IMG/VR virus record: IMGVR_UViG_3300045988_082043
DNA length: 52,840 nucleotides
Source: a virus
Reading direction: 5' to 3' (one strand)
Positions within the stretch are counted from its first letter, which is position 1. Every line of letters begins with the position of its first letter. The notes under the pieces were generated by a model. That model was not told where the DNA came from, searched no databases, and saw nothing but the letters and a program-made list of their open reading frames with translations. Both the position numbers and the translations under genes were made by a program. Below, piece by piece: positions 7,335 to 15,135 of this stretch.

Positions 7335-8411
7335 ATGAGCAGCGAAAAAGGACGGAGATTTTCCCATCTGCGGTGGAAGGACCGGCTGAAAATTGAAAGA
7401 ATGTTGAAGGAAGGCCACAAGGTAAAGGAGATCGCGGCGGCGCTGCACGTGGACAGCACCACCATCTACCGGGAGATCAAGCGCGGGAAGACGGTCCAGC
7501 GCACAACGGAGCTGATCGACCGGGAAATCTACTGCCCGGATGTGGCGGAGAACAAGTACCGGGCCAACCTCGCGGCCAAGGGTCCGGCGCTGAAACTGGG
7601 CAACGACTACAAGCTGGCGGCATACATCGAGCAGAAGATCGTGGAGGAACGGTATTCGCCGGAGGCGGTCCTGTTGAAGATCAAGGAGGAGCGGCTGACC
7701 TTCTCCGTGACGCTCTCCAAGTGGACGCTGTATTCCTACATCACCAAGGGCGTGTTCCTGGGCGTGACGAACAAGAGCCTGCCGCGCAAGGGGAAGAAGA
7801 AAAACAAGGGGTATCGGAAGGTCCGGGCCGCGCACCTTCCACAGGGCGACAGCATCGAAGACCGCCCGGAGGAGATCGCGGAACGAGCGATGCCCGGAGA
7901 CTGGGAGATGGACACGGTGGTATCCTGCAAGAAGGACGCGGCCCGGCTCCTGGTGCTGACGGAGCGGATGTTCCGCCAAGAGATCATCATAAAAATGCCG
8001 GACGGCACTACTCAGAGCGTCGTCCGGTCGCTGGACAGGCTGGAAAGGAAGCTGGGGTCGCGGCTGTTCCGTCGGATATTCCGCACGATCACCGTGGACA
8101 ATGGCAGCGAGTTCGCAGACTGCGAGGGCATGGAGCGGTCATGCCTGACAAAGCGGGCGCGGACGCACATATACTATTGCCATCCGTACAGCGCCTTCGA
8201 GCGCGGGAGCAACGAGAACGCGAACAGCCTTATCCGGCGGTGGCTCCCGAAGGGGACGAAGCTCTCCGAGGTATCACAGGCGGAGATCAAGCAAATCCAA
8301 ATCTGGATGAACAACTACCCAAGGATGGTTTTAGGCGGGCGCTGTGCGAACACGGCGCTGGCCGAGTGGATGGCGGCGGAGGGCGTGCTGCTCCCGTTCG
8401 TTCATATTTAA
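7335..8411 (+). CDS. IS30-family DDE transposase
   Basis: 358 aa. N-terminal HTH (LKIERMLKEGHKVKEIAAALHVDSTTIYREIKRG), then catalytic region WEMDTV...ITVDNGSEF...YYCHPYSAFERGSNENANSLIRRWLPKG, a typical IS30 DD(E) pattern. Confidence 0.9.
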   Translation: MSSEKGRRFSHLRWKDRLKIERMLKEGHKVKEIAAALHVDSTTIYREIKRGKTVQRTTELIDREIYCPDVAENKYRANLAAKGPALKLGNDYKLAAYIEQKIVEERYSPEAVLLKIKEERLTFSVTLSKWTLYSYITKGVFLGVTNKSLPRKGKKKNKGYRKVRAAHLPQGDSIEDRPEEIAERAMPGDWEMDTVVSCKKDAARLLVLTERMFRQEIIIKMPDGTTQSVVRSLDRLERKLGSRLFRRIFRTITVDNGSEFADCEGMERSCLTKRARTHIYYCHPYSAFERGSNENANSLIRRWLPKGTKLSEVSQAEIKQIQIWMNNYPRMVLGGRCANTALAEWMAAEGVLLPFVHI

Positions 8412-8425
8412 GAGAAAAACGCACG

Positions 8426-8458
8426 CATAACACACGAAAATAACACGGAAATAACACG
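8426..8458 (+). repeat. three direct repeats of ATAACACG (11-12-nt period)
   Basis: cATAACACACG aaaATAACACGg aaATAACACGa immediately after the transposase stop. The same TAACACG half-site occurs in the palindromic operators at 21013, 25334 and 25370. Confidence 0.6.
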
Positions 8459-8565
8459 ATAAAGCATAGGCTACCGGCGGGACTTTGGCGGGTGGCCTTT
8501 TCGTGCTGCCCAAAATGCACAAAATAACGCAGAATAGTTTGTTGAAAAAGCACGGCATTTTTTGC

Positions 8566-8594
8566 TTGACTTTTTCTTGGTCCCATAGTAAATT
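8566..8594 (+). promoter_or_regulatory. sigma70-like promoter for the rightward early operon
   Basis: TTGACT (8566-8571), 17 nt, TAAATT (8589-8594), in an AT-rich patch upstream of 8679. Confidence 0.4.
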
Positions 8595-8595
8595 A

Positions 8596-8638
8596 AATGC
8601 AGAAAAAAGTTTAACGCTTTTTTCTGCATTATTTTTTT
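8596..8638 (+). terminator. AT-rich rho-independent terminator
   Basis: Perfect 14-bp stem aatgcagaaaaaag / cttttttctgcatt, 7-nt loop, then seven T (8632-8638). Confidence 0.7.
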
Positions 8639-8678
8639 ATCTATTTCAGGGCTTGAAATGGGAGAAACGAGGTGACGA

Positions 8679-8960
8679 ATGGTGAAGAAGCTGACGCTTG
8701 AGGACCGCAGAAAGATTGAACAGATGTGGAAGGACAACGCCTCCCCCTTAAAGATCGCCGCCGAGCTGGGTATCAGCCAGTGCACCGTGTACACGGAATT
8801 GAAGCGCGGGCAGGAGACCGACGAGCGGACCGGCGAGATGGTCCTGGACCATAACTTCCGCCCGGAGTACAAGGCCGAGCGGGGCGAAAAGACCTACCAA
8901 AGCAATCTGCGCAAGCGTGGCCGCCGTCCGAAGGCCGCGCCGAGCATGAAAGGAGCCTAA
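8679..8960 (+). CDS. stand-alone IS30-type N-terminal HTH protein (transposase DNA-binding domain only)
   Basis: 93 aa. LTLEDRRKIEQMWKDNASPLKIAAELGISQCTVYTELKRG...YKAERGEKTYQSNLRKRG aligns with residues ~10-95 of the transposase at 7335. No catalytic domain follows. Confidence 0.75.
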   Translation: MVKKLTLEDRRKIEQMWKDNASPLKIAAELGISQCTVYTELKRGQETDERTGEMVLDHNFRPEYKAERGEKTYQSNLRKRGRRPKAAPSMKGA

Positions 8961-8964
8961 AGAA

Positions 8965-9189
8965 ATGACCAACTTTGAAAAGATCACGCAGTCCCCGGAA
9001 GCGCTGGGCGAGTTTCTTTCTTCGCTCCCTATGCTGGAAGGACCGTGGGACGAGGAGTTCCAGAGAAATTATTGCGCTGGATGCGGGCGCGTGAATTGCG
9101 ATGCCGGAAGGGGCTGCCCCTACAAGAAACAGCGGAACAGCCCGGCATGGTGGCTGAGATTGGAGGCGAAGACGGATGCGGGCCAGTAA
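8965..9189 (+). CDS. hypothetical Cys-rich protein
   Basis: 74-aa ORF containing CAGCGRVNCDAGRGCPYKK. Confidence 0.5.
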   Translation: MTNFEKITQSPEALGEFLSSLPMLEGPWDEEFQRNYCAGCGRVNCDAGRGCPYKKQRNSPAWWLRLEAKTDAGQ

Positions 9190-9772
9190 AGCGGACAAGT
9201 TCTATATGGGTATGCTGCTGGCGATCATCTGCTTCTGCTTCGGCCTGCTCCGCATCATGGACGAGGCAGACGCCAGCCGGGCGGCGGAGCGGGAGACGCT
9301 GATCATCGTCGAGCCGCCGACCATTGTGGCCCCAGCCTCCCAGCCGGTCCAGACGGTCTACTTCGAGCCGGACCCGGAGCCGGAGGAACCGGCAGCGGAG
9401 GTGTTCGCGTTCAGAGAGGACGTGCCCCTGAGTGCGGAACTGCAGGAAGTCTTGTGGGACGCCTGCCAGGAACACAAGGTCGAGTACGCGCTGGCCCTGG
9501 GCCTCATTGAAACGGAGAGCAGCTTCAACCCGGAGGCGGTGAGCTGTGTCGGCTGCTACGGCCTGATGCAGCTCAATCCCGACTACTTCCCCGCCGACCT
9601 ATCACCGGCGGAGAACATTCAGCACGGCGTGGCTTTCATCGCTGAAAAGCTGGACCAGTACGCCGGGAACGTCGGCGCGGCCCTGACGGCCTACAACGCC
9701 GGGCACGACACGGGGAACCGCGAGTATGCCGAGAAGGTCATGGCAGCGGCGGAAAGGTGGAGAACAGAATGA
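9176..9772 (+). CDS. membrane-anchored lytic transglycosylase (SLT domain)
   Basis: N-terminal TM (GMLLAIICFCFGLL), then LGLIETESSFNPEAV...GLMQL...TAYNAG, the SLT catalytic motifs. Confidence 0.85.
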   Translation: MRASKADKFYMGMLLAIICFCFGLLRIMDEADASRAAERETLIIVEPPTIVAPASQPVQTVYFEPDPEPEEPAAEVFAFREDVPLSAELQEVLWDACQEHKVEYALALGLIETESSFNPEAVSCVGCYGLMQLNPDYFPADLSPAENIQHGVAFIAEKLDQYAGNVGAALTAYNAGHDTGNREYAEKVMAAAERWRTE

Positions 9773-11208
9773 AACTGCTGATCGGCGGAAGCCCGTGCAC
9801 CCATTGGAGCATCGCACAGACCAAGAACCGCGAGACCGAGGCCAGCGGCATCGGCTGGGAGCTGTTCCTGAATTACCGCATCGCCCGCGATAAGTACCAG
9901 CCGGACTACTTCCTCTACGAGAATAACAAATCCATGTCTCCCGCCATCCGGGCGCAGATCACGGCGGAGCTGGGCGTGGAACCCGTGCTTATCAATTCCG
10001 CGCTGGTGAGCGCGCAGAACCGCCAGCGGCTCTACTGGGCCGGAAAGCGTAACCACGACGGTACATACAGGCAAGTGCCGGTCGAGCTGCCGGAGGACCG
10101 AGGCATCCTGCTCCGGGATATTTTGGAGACCGGCTTCCCGTTGCGCGAGAAAGGCTATGCGCTTCAAACAGGACATGGCGCTACGGCGGAAGACGCTATT
10201 GCACGCAGGCAACGGAACGCCGTGGCAGAGCCTGTTGCCATTAAGCCGCTGACTGAAAAAGAGATGGAATACATGGTGCGCGAGACCAAGGACGGGCGCA
10301 ATCATTTCGGCTTCGATTATTTCCACGACGCCACCAAGGATAAGAGCGCCTGCGTGACAGCGAACACGCACAAGGGCGTCCCCTATAACGTATTGGCGGA
10401 GCCGGTGCGCATCGGCACCATCGAGAATGACGCGAGGAACCAGGACCATGACAGCCAGCAGTACCGCGTCTATTCGCCGGACGGAAAGAGCGTGACACTC
10501 TGCGGAAATGGCGGAGGGCTGGGAGCCAAGACGGGCCTTTATGCAACGCCAATCACTCCTCCCATGCAGGTGAACGAGGCAACAAAGCTGGGATACACAG
10601 TCATTCAGCCGGGCGAGTGTGTGGACCTTGCCATGCCGCAGAGCAAGACGCGGCGGGGCCGGGCCATGAAGGACAAGACCAACTGCCTGACGACCTCGTG
10701 CGAGTTCTACGAATACTGCGGCACAATCGACGCGCCGATCTATCAGGTGCGCGGTGGGATGATCACAGTCAAAGGACAAGAGTACCCTATCAAGCTGAGG
10801 GACGGCTGCTACATCATCCGCAAACTGACGGTCCGCGAGTGTATGCGCCTCCAAACGGTGCCGGAGACCTATGCTTTCCCCGTAAGCCCCAGTCAAGCCT
10901 ACAAGATGCTGGGCAACGGCTGGACCGTAGATGTGATCGCGCACATCATGGGCCACTTTGAGGGGCTGACGGCGGAGCCGGTGGAGGTCCTGTCTATGTA
11001 CGATGGCATGAGCTGTGGGCATATCGCCTTGGGAAAGCTGGGCGCAGAGATCGCCAGCTACCACGCAACAGAGATCGACAAGTTCGCCATTCAGACAACG
11101 CAGGCGAACTTCCCTGATGTGGTGCAGCTCGGAGACGCCTTTCAGGTCCGGGAAGATGGCTGGACCTATGCAGGACTTACCGGCGGGGCCTCGGAGGCGG
11201 CGGAATGA
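9769..11208 (+). CDS. DNA cytosine-5 methyltransferase with circularly permuted motif order
   Basis: Motif IV LLIGGSPC at the extreme N-terminus, then FLYENN (VI), SAQNRQRLYW (VIII), a long TRD, RKLTVRECMRLQTVP (IX), LGNGWTV (X). Only after these come motifs I-III (VLSMYDGMSCGHIALGKLG...ATEIDKFAIQTTQANFPDVVQLGD) at the C-terminus. ATG 9769 overlaps the upstream stop. Confidence 0.85.
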   Translation: MKLLIGGSPCTHWSIAQTKNRETEASGIGWELFLNYRIARDKYQPDYFLYENNKSMSPAIRAQITAELGVEPVLINSALVSAQNRQRLYWAGKRNHDGTYRQVPVELPEDRGILLRDILETGFPLREKGYALQTGHGATAEDAIARRQRNAVAEPVAIKPLTEKEMEYMVRETKDGRNHFGFDYFHDATKDKSACVTANTHKGVPYNVLAEPVRIGTIENDARNQDHDSQQYRVYSPDGKSVTLCGNGGGLGAKTGLYATPITPPMQVNEATKLGYTVIQPGECVDLAMPQSKTRRGRAMKDKTNCLTTSCEFYEYCGTIDAPIYQVRGGMITVKGQEYPIKLRDGCYIIRKLTVRECMRLQTVPETYAFPVSPSQAYKMLGNGWTVDVIAHIMGHFEGLTAEPVEVLSMYDGMSCGHIALGKLGAEIASYHATEIDKFAIQTTQANFPDVVQLGDAFQVREDGWTYAGLTGGASEAAE

Positions 11209-11396
11209 AGCGCACTGTGAAGGCGGACTACTCCCGCACGTGCGAGGGCTGCCGTTTCCTCATAACGGAGCCGTGGCTGAAAGATGTTCAATCCTTCCGC
11301 TGCGGCGCAGATGGACGATGCAAGGGGTACATCGTCGGTATCGAGCGGCTTTTGCCGTATATTCCGGCCTGGTGTCCTGAGCTAAAGGAGAATTAA
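11205..11396 (+). CDS. hypothetical Cys-rich protein
   Basis: 63 aa, ATGA-coupled to the MTase stop. Confidence 0.5.
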   Translation: MKRTVKADYSRTCEGCRFLITEPWLKDVQSFRCGADGRCKGYIVGIERLLPYIPAWCPELKEN

Positions 11397-11399
11397 AGG

Positions 11400-11567
11400 A
11401 TGAAATATGCTGTGATCGTTACTTATACCACCGGAGAGAAGACCGGCGCGACCGTGACGGCGAGCGGGTGCGCTGCCGCCTGGGACAAGGTTTTTGAAGT
11501 GTTCGATAAGGCCGATGTGCGCGGCGTGGAGCTGGCCGCGATCTTGACGCCGGAGAGGAGAAAGTGA
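11400..11567 (+). CDS. hypothetical small protein
   Basis: 55-aa ORF below the track cutoff (MKYAVIVTYTTGEKTGATVTASG...). AGGAG lies 9 nt upstream and the stop overlaps the next start (GTGATGA). Confidence 0.45.
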   Translation: MKYAVIVTYTTGEKTGATVTASGCAAAWDKVFEVFDKADVRGVELAAILTPERRK

Positions 11568-12391
11568 TGAACGTCGTTTCTTTCGGCGGCGGGACCAACA
11601 GCACCGCCATGATCATCGGAATGTACCTGCACAAAATCCCGATAGACCTGATCTTATTCGCCGACACCGGCGGAGAACAGCCGCACACGTATGAGTTCAT
11701 CGAGACCTTCAACGGATGGCTGGAAAAGCATGGGCTTCCGCAGATCACCTCCGTGCAGTATCACGACAAGGACGGCAACCGCCTGACGCTGGAACAGGAG
11801 TGCATCAACAGCGGGACGCTGCCCTCCATCGCCTACGGCTTCAAGCGCTGCTCCCTCAAGCACAAGATCGGGACGCAGGAGAAGTTCTGCAACAACTATC
11901 AACCGTGCAAAGAGGTGTGGGCCAGCGGCCAGCGCGTCCAAAAATACATCGGCTACGATGCCGGGGAGACGCGGCGCATCCAACACGCCGCACCAATCGA
12001 CGAAGCGGACAAAAAGTACGAAAAACATTATCCGCTCTATGAATGGGGATGGACACGCGAGGAGTGCGTGCGCGTGATCGAGCGGGCCGGGCTGCCGAAG
12101 CCGGGAAAAAGCTCGTGTTTCTTCTGCCCTTCCATGAAAAAGAAGGAGATACAAGCCTTGTGGGAGAATTACCCGGACCTGTTTCAGCGCGCAATCGCGC
12201 TTGAACACGGCTCGGTTGCGAGGAATGTAAACGTCAAAGGGCTGGGTCGCAACTGGTCCTGGGAGAGCTACTACAACGAGTTCGTGGAGAACAAAGCGTT
12301 TGAAGACGCGCAGATCACCTTCGATGAATTATTCCCGGACAGTCCCGGCGGATGCCTCTGCGGCGCTCCATGCGGGTGCTACGACGGATAA
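11567..12391 (+). CDS. PAPS-reductase-like / PP-loop ATP pyrophosphatase family protein
   Basis: N-terminal VVSFGGGTNSTAMIIGM (SGGxDS-like PP-loop). About 275 aa with a C-terminal Cys cluster (CFFCP...CLCGAPCGC). Confidence 0.7.
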   Translation: MNVVSFGGGTNSTAMIIGMYLHKIPIDLILFADTGGEQPHTYEFIETFNGWLEKHGLPQITSVQYHDKDGNRLTLEQECINSGTLPSIAYGFKRCSLKHKIGTQEKFCNNYQPCKEVWASGQRVQKYIGYDAGETRRIQHAAPIDEADKKYEKHYPLYEWGWTREECVRVIERAGLPKPGKSSCFFCPSMKKKEIQALWENYPDLFQRAIALEHGSVARNVNVKGLGRNWSWESYYNEFVENKAFEDAQITFDELFPDSPGGCLCGAPCGCYDG

Positions 12392-12401
12392 GGAGGAGCG
12401 C

Positions 12402-12821
12402 ATGGCGATCAAGAATTATACCTCCGGGGTGGATGTGTTCACCAGCCTGGGAGAGATACAGGGCGCGCTCGCCGGGCACGGCGCGCGTCAGATCATGGTG
12501 GAATACGACGAAAAGGGACGCCCGACGGGCGTGACCTTCTCCATTGATACGCCAACTGGGCGGCGGGGCTTCATGCTCCCGGCCAACATCGACGGCGTTT
12601 TGTTCGTATTCAAGCAGCAGAAGCTCAAGGACGACCGCGACCAGGCCGAGCGCACGGGCTGGCGCAACCTGCGGGACTGGGTGCTGGCACAAATGGCGAT
12701 TATCGAGGCTGGGATGGCGAGCGTGGACGAGGTTTTCCTGCCGTATCTGACCGACGGACACGGGAACACGCTGTACACTCTGTATTCCAGCGGAACGCTG
12801 AGACTGGGGGATGGAACATGA
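12402..12821 (+). CDS. hypothetical protein
   Basis: ATG 12402 after AGGAGGAG; 139 aa. Confidence 0.6.
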   Translation: MAIKNYTSGVDVFTSLGEIQGALAGHGARQIMVEYDEKGRPTGVTFSIDTPTGRRGFMLPANIDGVLFVFKQQKLKDDRDQAERTGWRNLRDWVLAQMAIIEAGMASVDEVFLPYLTDGHGNTLYTLYSSGTLRLGDGT

Positions 12822-13393
12822 AAAAGGCTGTGCTTATCAGCATCAGGCCGCAGTGGTGCGCAAAAATTGCGAGCGGTGAGAAAACGATAGAGTTCCGCAA
12901 GAGCAGGCCAGAGCTGAAAAAACCATTCAAATGCTATATCTACTGCACGAAAGCAGATTACTACACTTGGGATTTGCGGGTCTCCAACGTAACGATACCG
13001 TTTGCAGAGAAGTGCTGCGGCAAGGTTATTGGAGAGTTTATCTGCTCCGACTTTGTGCTGTTTAACGGTGGTAAGAAATGGCCGGATTTTAGAGAGAACC
13101 GGGCACAAGCGGAAGCCGCCACGCCGGAAGTCCTCAAAAAGGCTTGCTTGACGGCAAAGGAGCTGTGGGCCTACGAGCCAAAAGGAAACCCTATCGGCTG
13201 GTGCATCTCCGACCTGGTAATCTACGACACGCCGCATGAGCTAAACAGCTTCCGCCGTGTGTGCCCGGAAGAACTGGACTGTGAAAGCTGCGCTATGCAC
13301 AGCGAAAACACCGGGCGCTGCGGGAACGAGGCGCTATACCTGCGCCGCGCCCCGCAGAGCTGGTGCTATGTGGAGGAACGCCATGACTTATGA
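12818..13393 (+). CDS. ASCH-domain protein
   Basis: KAVLISIRPQWCAKIASGEKTIEFRKSRP is typical of an ASCH N-terminus. 191 aa. Confidence 0.65.
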   Translation: MKKAVLISIRPQWCAKIASGEKTIEFRKSRPELKKPFKCYIYCTKADYYTWDLRVSNVTIPFAEKCCGKVIGEFICSDFVLFNGGKKWPDFRENRAQAEAATPEVLKKACLTAKELWAYEPKGNPIGWCISDLVIYDTPHELNSFRRVCPEELDCESCAMHSENTGRCGNEALYLRRAPQSWCYVEERHDL

Positions 13394-14483
13394 ACGAGCT
13401 GCTGAGATTTTGGACCCGGAGCACCGGGAGACATACGAGAGCCTTGAGATCGTGAACGAGGCTTGCCGGATGGGCCGGGCGGCTCTGTTCCGGCGGATGC
13501 CGGAGCCGCCGCACCCGGACGGGGATGAAAGCATCCTGGCCTGCCAGACCTGCGGGAGCGGCGAATATCTCTACAACGAGGACGGGAACCGCTGCTGTTT
13601 CTGCGGCTGGTGCGGACAGGCCATCGACTGGAACGCGGAGACATTCAAGGCGGCAGGCCAGATGAAGCCCGTGCTGAAATATCCGGGGAGCAAATGGCGG
13701 CTGGCGGAATGGATCGTATCCCTCATGCCGCCGCACAAGAGCTATCTGGAACCGTTCTTCGGGAGCGGGGCCGTATTCTTCAAAAAGCCACCGAGCCGTA
13801 TCGAGACCATCAACGACCTGGACGGCGAGATCATCAACCTGTTCCGCTGTATCCGGGAACAGCCGGAGGAGCTGATGCGGGCCGTGGCCTGCACGCCGTA
13901 CAGCCGGGGCGAGTATGAACAGGCGTGGGACCATTTCAAGGCGGGAGGACAGGTCCGACCGGACGGCATCGAAGCCGCCCGGCTGACGCTGGTACGCTAC
14001 TGGCAGGCCCACGGGAGCACCGTTGTTTACAAGGGCGGTTGGAAAAATGACCGCGCCGGGCGGGAGTACGCCTACGATGTGCGCTACTGGCGGCAGCTCC
14101 CGGAGCGTATTGCCGCCGTGGTGGAACGCCTGAAAGATGCGCAAATCGAGCAGGCACCGGCGGTCGATGTGATCAGGCGCTTCTGTCACCCGGACGTGCT
14201 GATCTACGCGGACCCGCCTTATATGCTGCATACGCGCAAGGGCAAGCAATACATCGTGGAGATGGCGGAGGAGGCCCAGCACATCGAGCTTCTGGACGCA
14301 TTGAAGGAGCATCCGGGGCCGGTCATTTTGTCCGGCTATGACAACGACCTGTACAACGAACACCTGCAGGGGTGGAAAAAGCTGCACCGGCGGGCGCAGG
14401 TGGAAGGCGGCGCGGCAAGAACGGAAACGGTGTGGCTGAATTACGTACCGGAAACGGGAGGAAAAGTGTATGAAACTGTGTGA
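13383..14483 (+). CDS. DNA N6-adenine methyltransferase (Dam/D12 class) with an N-terminal Zn-ribbon extension
   Basis: KPVLKYPGSKWRLAEWIVSLMP..YLEPFFGSGAVFF...NDLDGEIINLFR...IYADPPYM (DPPY). The first ~95 aa carry CQTCGSG...CCFCGWCG. The start could also be the internal Met near 13665. Confidence 0.85.
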   Translation: MTYERAAEILDPEHRETYESLEIVNEACRMGRAALFRRMPEPPHPDGDESILACQTCGSGEYLYNEDGNRCCFCGWCGQAIDWNAETFKAAGQMKPVLKYPGSKWRLAEWIVSLMPPHKSYLEPFFGSGAVFFKKPPSRIETINDLDGEIINLFRCIREQPEELMRAVACTPYSRGEYEQAWDHFKAGGQVRPDGIEAARLTLVRYWQAHGSTVVYKGGWKNDRAGREYAYDVRYWRQLPERIAAVVERLKDAQIEQAPAVDVIRRFCHPDVLIYADPPYMLHTRKGKQYIVEMAEEAQHIELLDALKEHPGPVILSGYDNDLYNEHLQGWKKLHRRAQVEGGAARTETVWLNYVPETGGKVYETV

Positions 14484-14733
14484 TAGGTGCCGGGTATCCG
14501 GCTGCCTGCTGACCTACGGCGGGAAAGCCTGTCGGGAGGCCAGAAAGCAGGAGTGCCCGGACGTGGTGTTCACCCGTGCGGACAAGATCAGGGAGATGGA
14601 CGACGAGGAGCTGGCCGTAGTCGTTATGTGCCCGCACGACGGGGACGAGGACGGCTGTAAGGGGTCGCCGGATGCACAGACGTGCATCAAGTGCTGTCTG
14701 GAATGGCTCCGGGAACCGGCGGAGGTGCTGTGA
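14470..14733 (+). CDS. hypothetical Cys-rich protein
   Basis: 87-aa ORF overlapping the neighbouring genes at both ends. Confidence 0.5.
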   Translation: MKLCDRCRVSGCLLTYGGKACREARKQECPDVVFTRADKIREMDDEELAVVVMCPHDGDEDGCKGSPDAQTCIKCCLEWLREPAEVL

Positions 14734-15089
14734 TGGACGAGAAAGTGACCTATTCATGCGTGGACCAAGAGCACAACACCTGGAACTGCCGGGGATGCGG
14801 GTACATCGAGACCTTCGAGGCGGACGGGCCGGTGGAAAACGGCTGGAACTTCTGCCCTGGCTGCGGCCATGAGATCGAGGTGGAAGCGGTCAGCCCGTGT
14901 CCCTTCGACAACGGGAACTGTATGTGCCAGTTTTGCGAGGCTCAGTGCAACAACGGTCTGAACTGCTCGGACTGCCGCTGCGAGGGAAAACCTGTGCACG
15001 ACATCCACCTCTGCACGGGCTTCGTCGGAGACATCACCCAGTACATTCGGAACTGGATGCGCCATCACGGCGGGAAGGCTGATACCTGA
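14733..15089 (+). CDS. hypothetical zinc-ribbon protein
   Basis: ATG 14733 overlaps the upstream TGA. Contains CRGCG...CPGCG plus a further Cys-rich stretch. Confidence 0.55.
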   Translation: MDEKVTYSCVDQEHNTWNCRGCGYIETFEADGPVENGWNFCPGCGHEIEVEAVSPCPFDNGNCMCQFCEAQCNNGLNCSDCRCEGKPVHDIHLCTGFVGDITQYIRNWMRHHGGKADT

Positions 15090-15135
15090 GCGCGTGAGCG
15101 GCACGTACCTATATAAATTAAAGGAGGACAAGCAC

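Larger units (their letters stand above)
7283..8535 (+). mobile_element. IS30-family insertion sequence (boundaries approximate)
   Basis: One DDE transposase ORF. Candidate imperfect terminal inverted repeats: attctgcgcttttatggg at 7283-7300 versus the reverse complement of 8509-8535 (attctgcgttattttgtgcattttggg). Local GC is clearly lower than in the rest of the genome. No clean direct repeats were seen. Confidence 0.5.

Noticed and set aside
13257-13382. Upstream extension of the Dam ORF (track start 13257)
   Set aside because: It lies entirely inside the ASCH-domain gene in another frame. ATG 13383 overlaps the ASCH stop in the usual coupled fashion.
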